Positions 63,181 through 64,000 of a stretch of 64,000 nucleotides of DNA are shown here, piece by piece (the first letter of the stretch is position 1; every line of letters begins with the position of its first letter). The DNA is from Ruditapes philippinarum (taxonomy: Eukaryota). The position numbers and the translations under genes were made by a program. The notes beneath the pieces were generated by a model, which had not been told where the DNA came from, did no database searches, and saw only the letters and a list, made by a program, of their open reading frames with translations. Location of the stretch: positions 248,001-312,000 of the forward strand of contig NW_026864538.1 of assembly GCF_026571515.1 (NCBI RefSeq). The letters run 5' to 3'.

Positions 63181-64000
63181 TTAGCTCGACTATTCGATAA
63201 GAATAAGTAGAGCTATTGTTGTCACCGGAGCGTCGGCGTCGGCGTTGGTGTCCGCGTCGGCGTAACCACTTATGTTAAAGTTTTTGTAATAGTTCAAATA
63301 TTTTCAAAGTCCATTGACATATGGCTTTGAAACTTGGCACACTTGTTCACCATCATGACCCCAACCTGTAGACAGGAGGAGGTAACTGTATCAAGCATTT
63401 TGACAGAATTATGCCCCTTTTTCGACTTAGAATTTACGTTAAAGTTTTGTAATAGTTCAAATATTTTCAAAGTCCATTGACATATGGCTTTGAAACTTTG
63501 CACACTTGTTCACCATCATGACCCCAACCTGTAGACAGGAGGAGGTAACTGTATCAAGCATTTTGACAGAATTATGCCCCTTTTTCAACTTAGAATTTAC
63601 GTTAAAGTTTTTGTAATAGTTCAAATATTTTCAAAGTCCATTGACATATGGCTTTGAAACTTTGCACACTTGTTCACCATCATGACCCCAACCTGTAGAC
63701 AGGAGGAGGTAACTGTATAAAGAATTTTAGCAGAATTATGCCCCTTTTTCGACTTAGAATTTACGTTATAGTTTTTGTAATAGTTCAAATATTTTCAAAG
63801 TCCATTGACATATGGCTTTGAAACTTTGCACACTTGTTCACCATCATGACCCCGACCTGTAAACAGGAGGAGGTAACTGTATCAAGCATTTTGACAGAAT
63901 TATGCCCCTTTTTCGACTTAGAATTTACGTTAAAGTTTTTGTAATAGTTCAAATATTTTCAAAGTCCATTGACATATGGCTTTGAAACTTTGCACACTTG
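63181..64000 (+). mobile_element. Helentron-associated element with a young ~164-bp tandem array (runs off window)
   Basis: 5' TTAGCTCGACTATTC...GAATAAGTAGAGCTA and (GGCGTC)n, followed by near-identical units starting GTTA(A/T)AG at ~63274, 63438, 63601, 63765 and 63929. Confidence 0.88.

Overview
AT-rich, intron-containing animal DNA, most likely from a bivalve mollusc (inferred from its SINE, MITE and Helentron-type repeats; the species cannot be fixed from sequence alone). Positions 1-46 kb hold a tandem cluster of eight paralogous type II membrane glycosyltransferases of family GT92/DUF23 (galt-1-like), labelled A-H here. Each has two coding exons split by one phase-2 intron at the same position. 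E, F and G are intact, H is probably intact (donor site in an N gap), A is cut by the window edge, C and D carry -1 frameshifts, and B is a clear pseudogene. The pair G/H has replaced motifs near the active site that are conserved in the other copies (IHYFGQ to IHS[MI]G[TM]; VCL[STA] to VCL[RK]), making it a candidate for a new specificity. The cluster was built by nested duplications and then invaded by transposons: a ~7 kb Kolobok-like element (DDE transposase plus YqaJ exonuclease) at a TTAA site with an internal triplication, a DD34D mariner, a foldback IS3EU-like element with a 6-bp TSD, SINEs, MITEs and satellite-carrying Helentron-type elements. From ~54.7 kb the 5' part of an ANKRD27/VARP orthologue begins, with five small coding exons that the ORF track misses.
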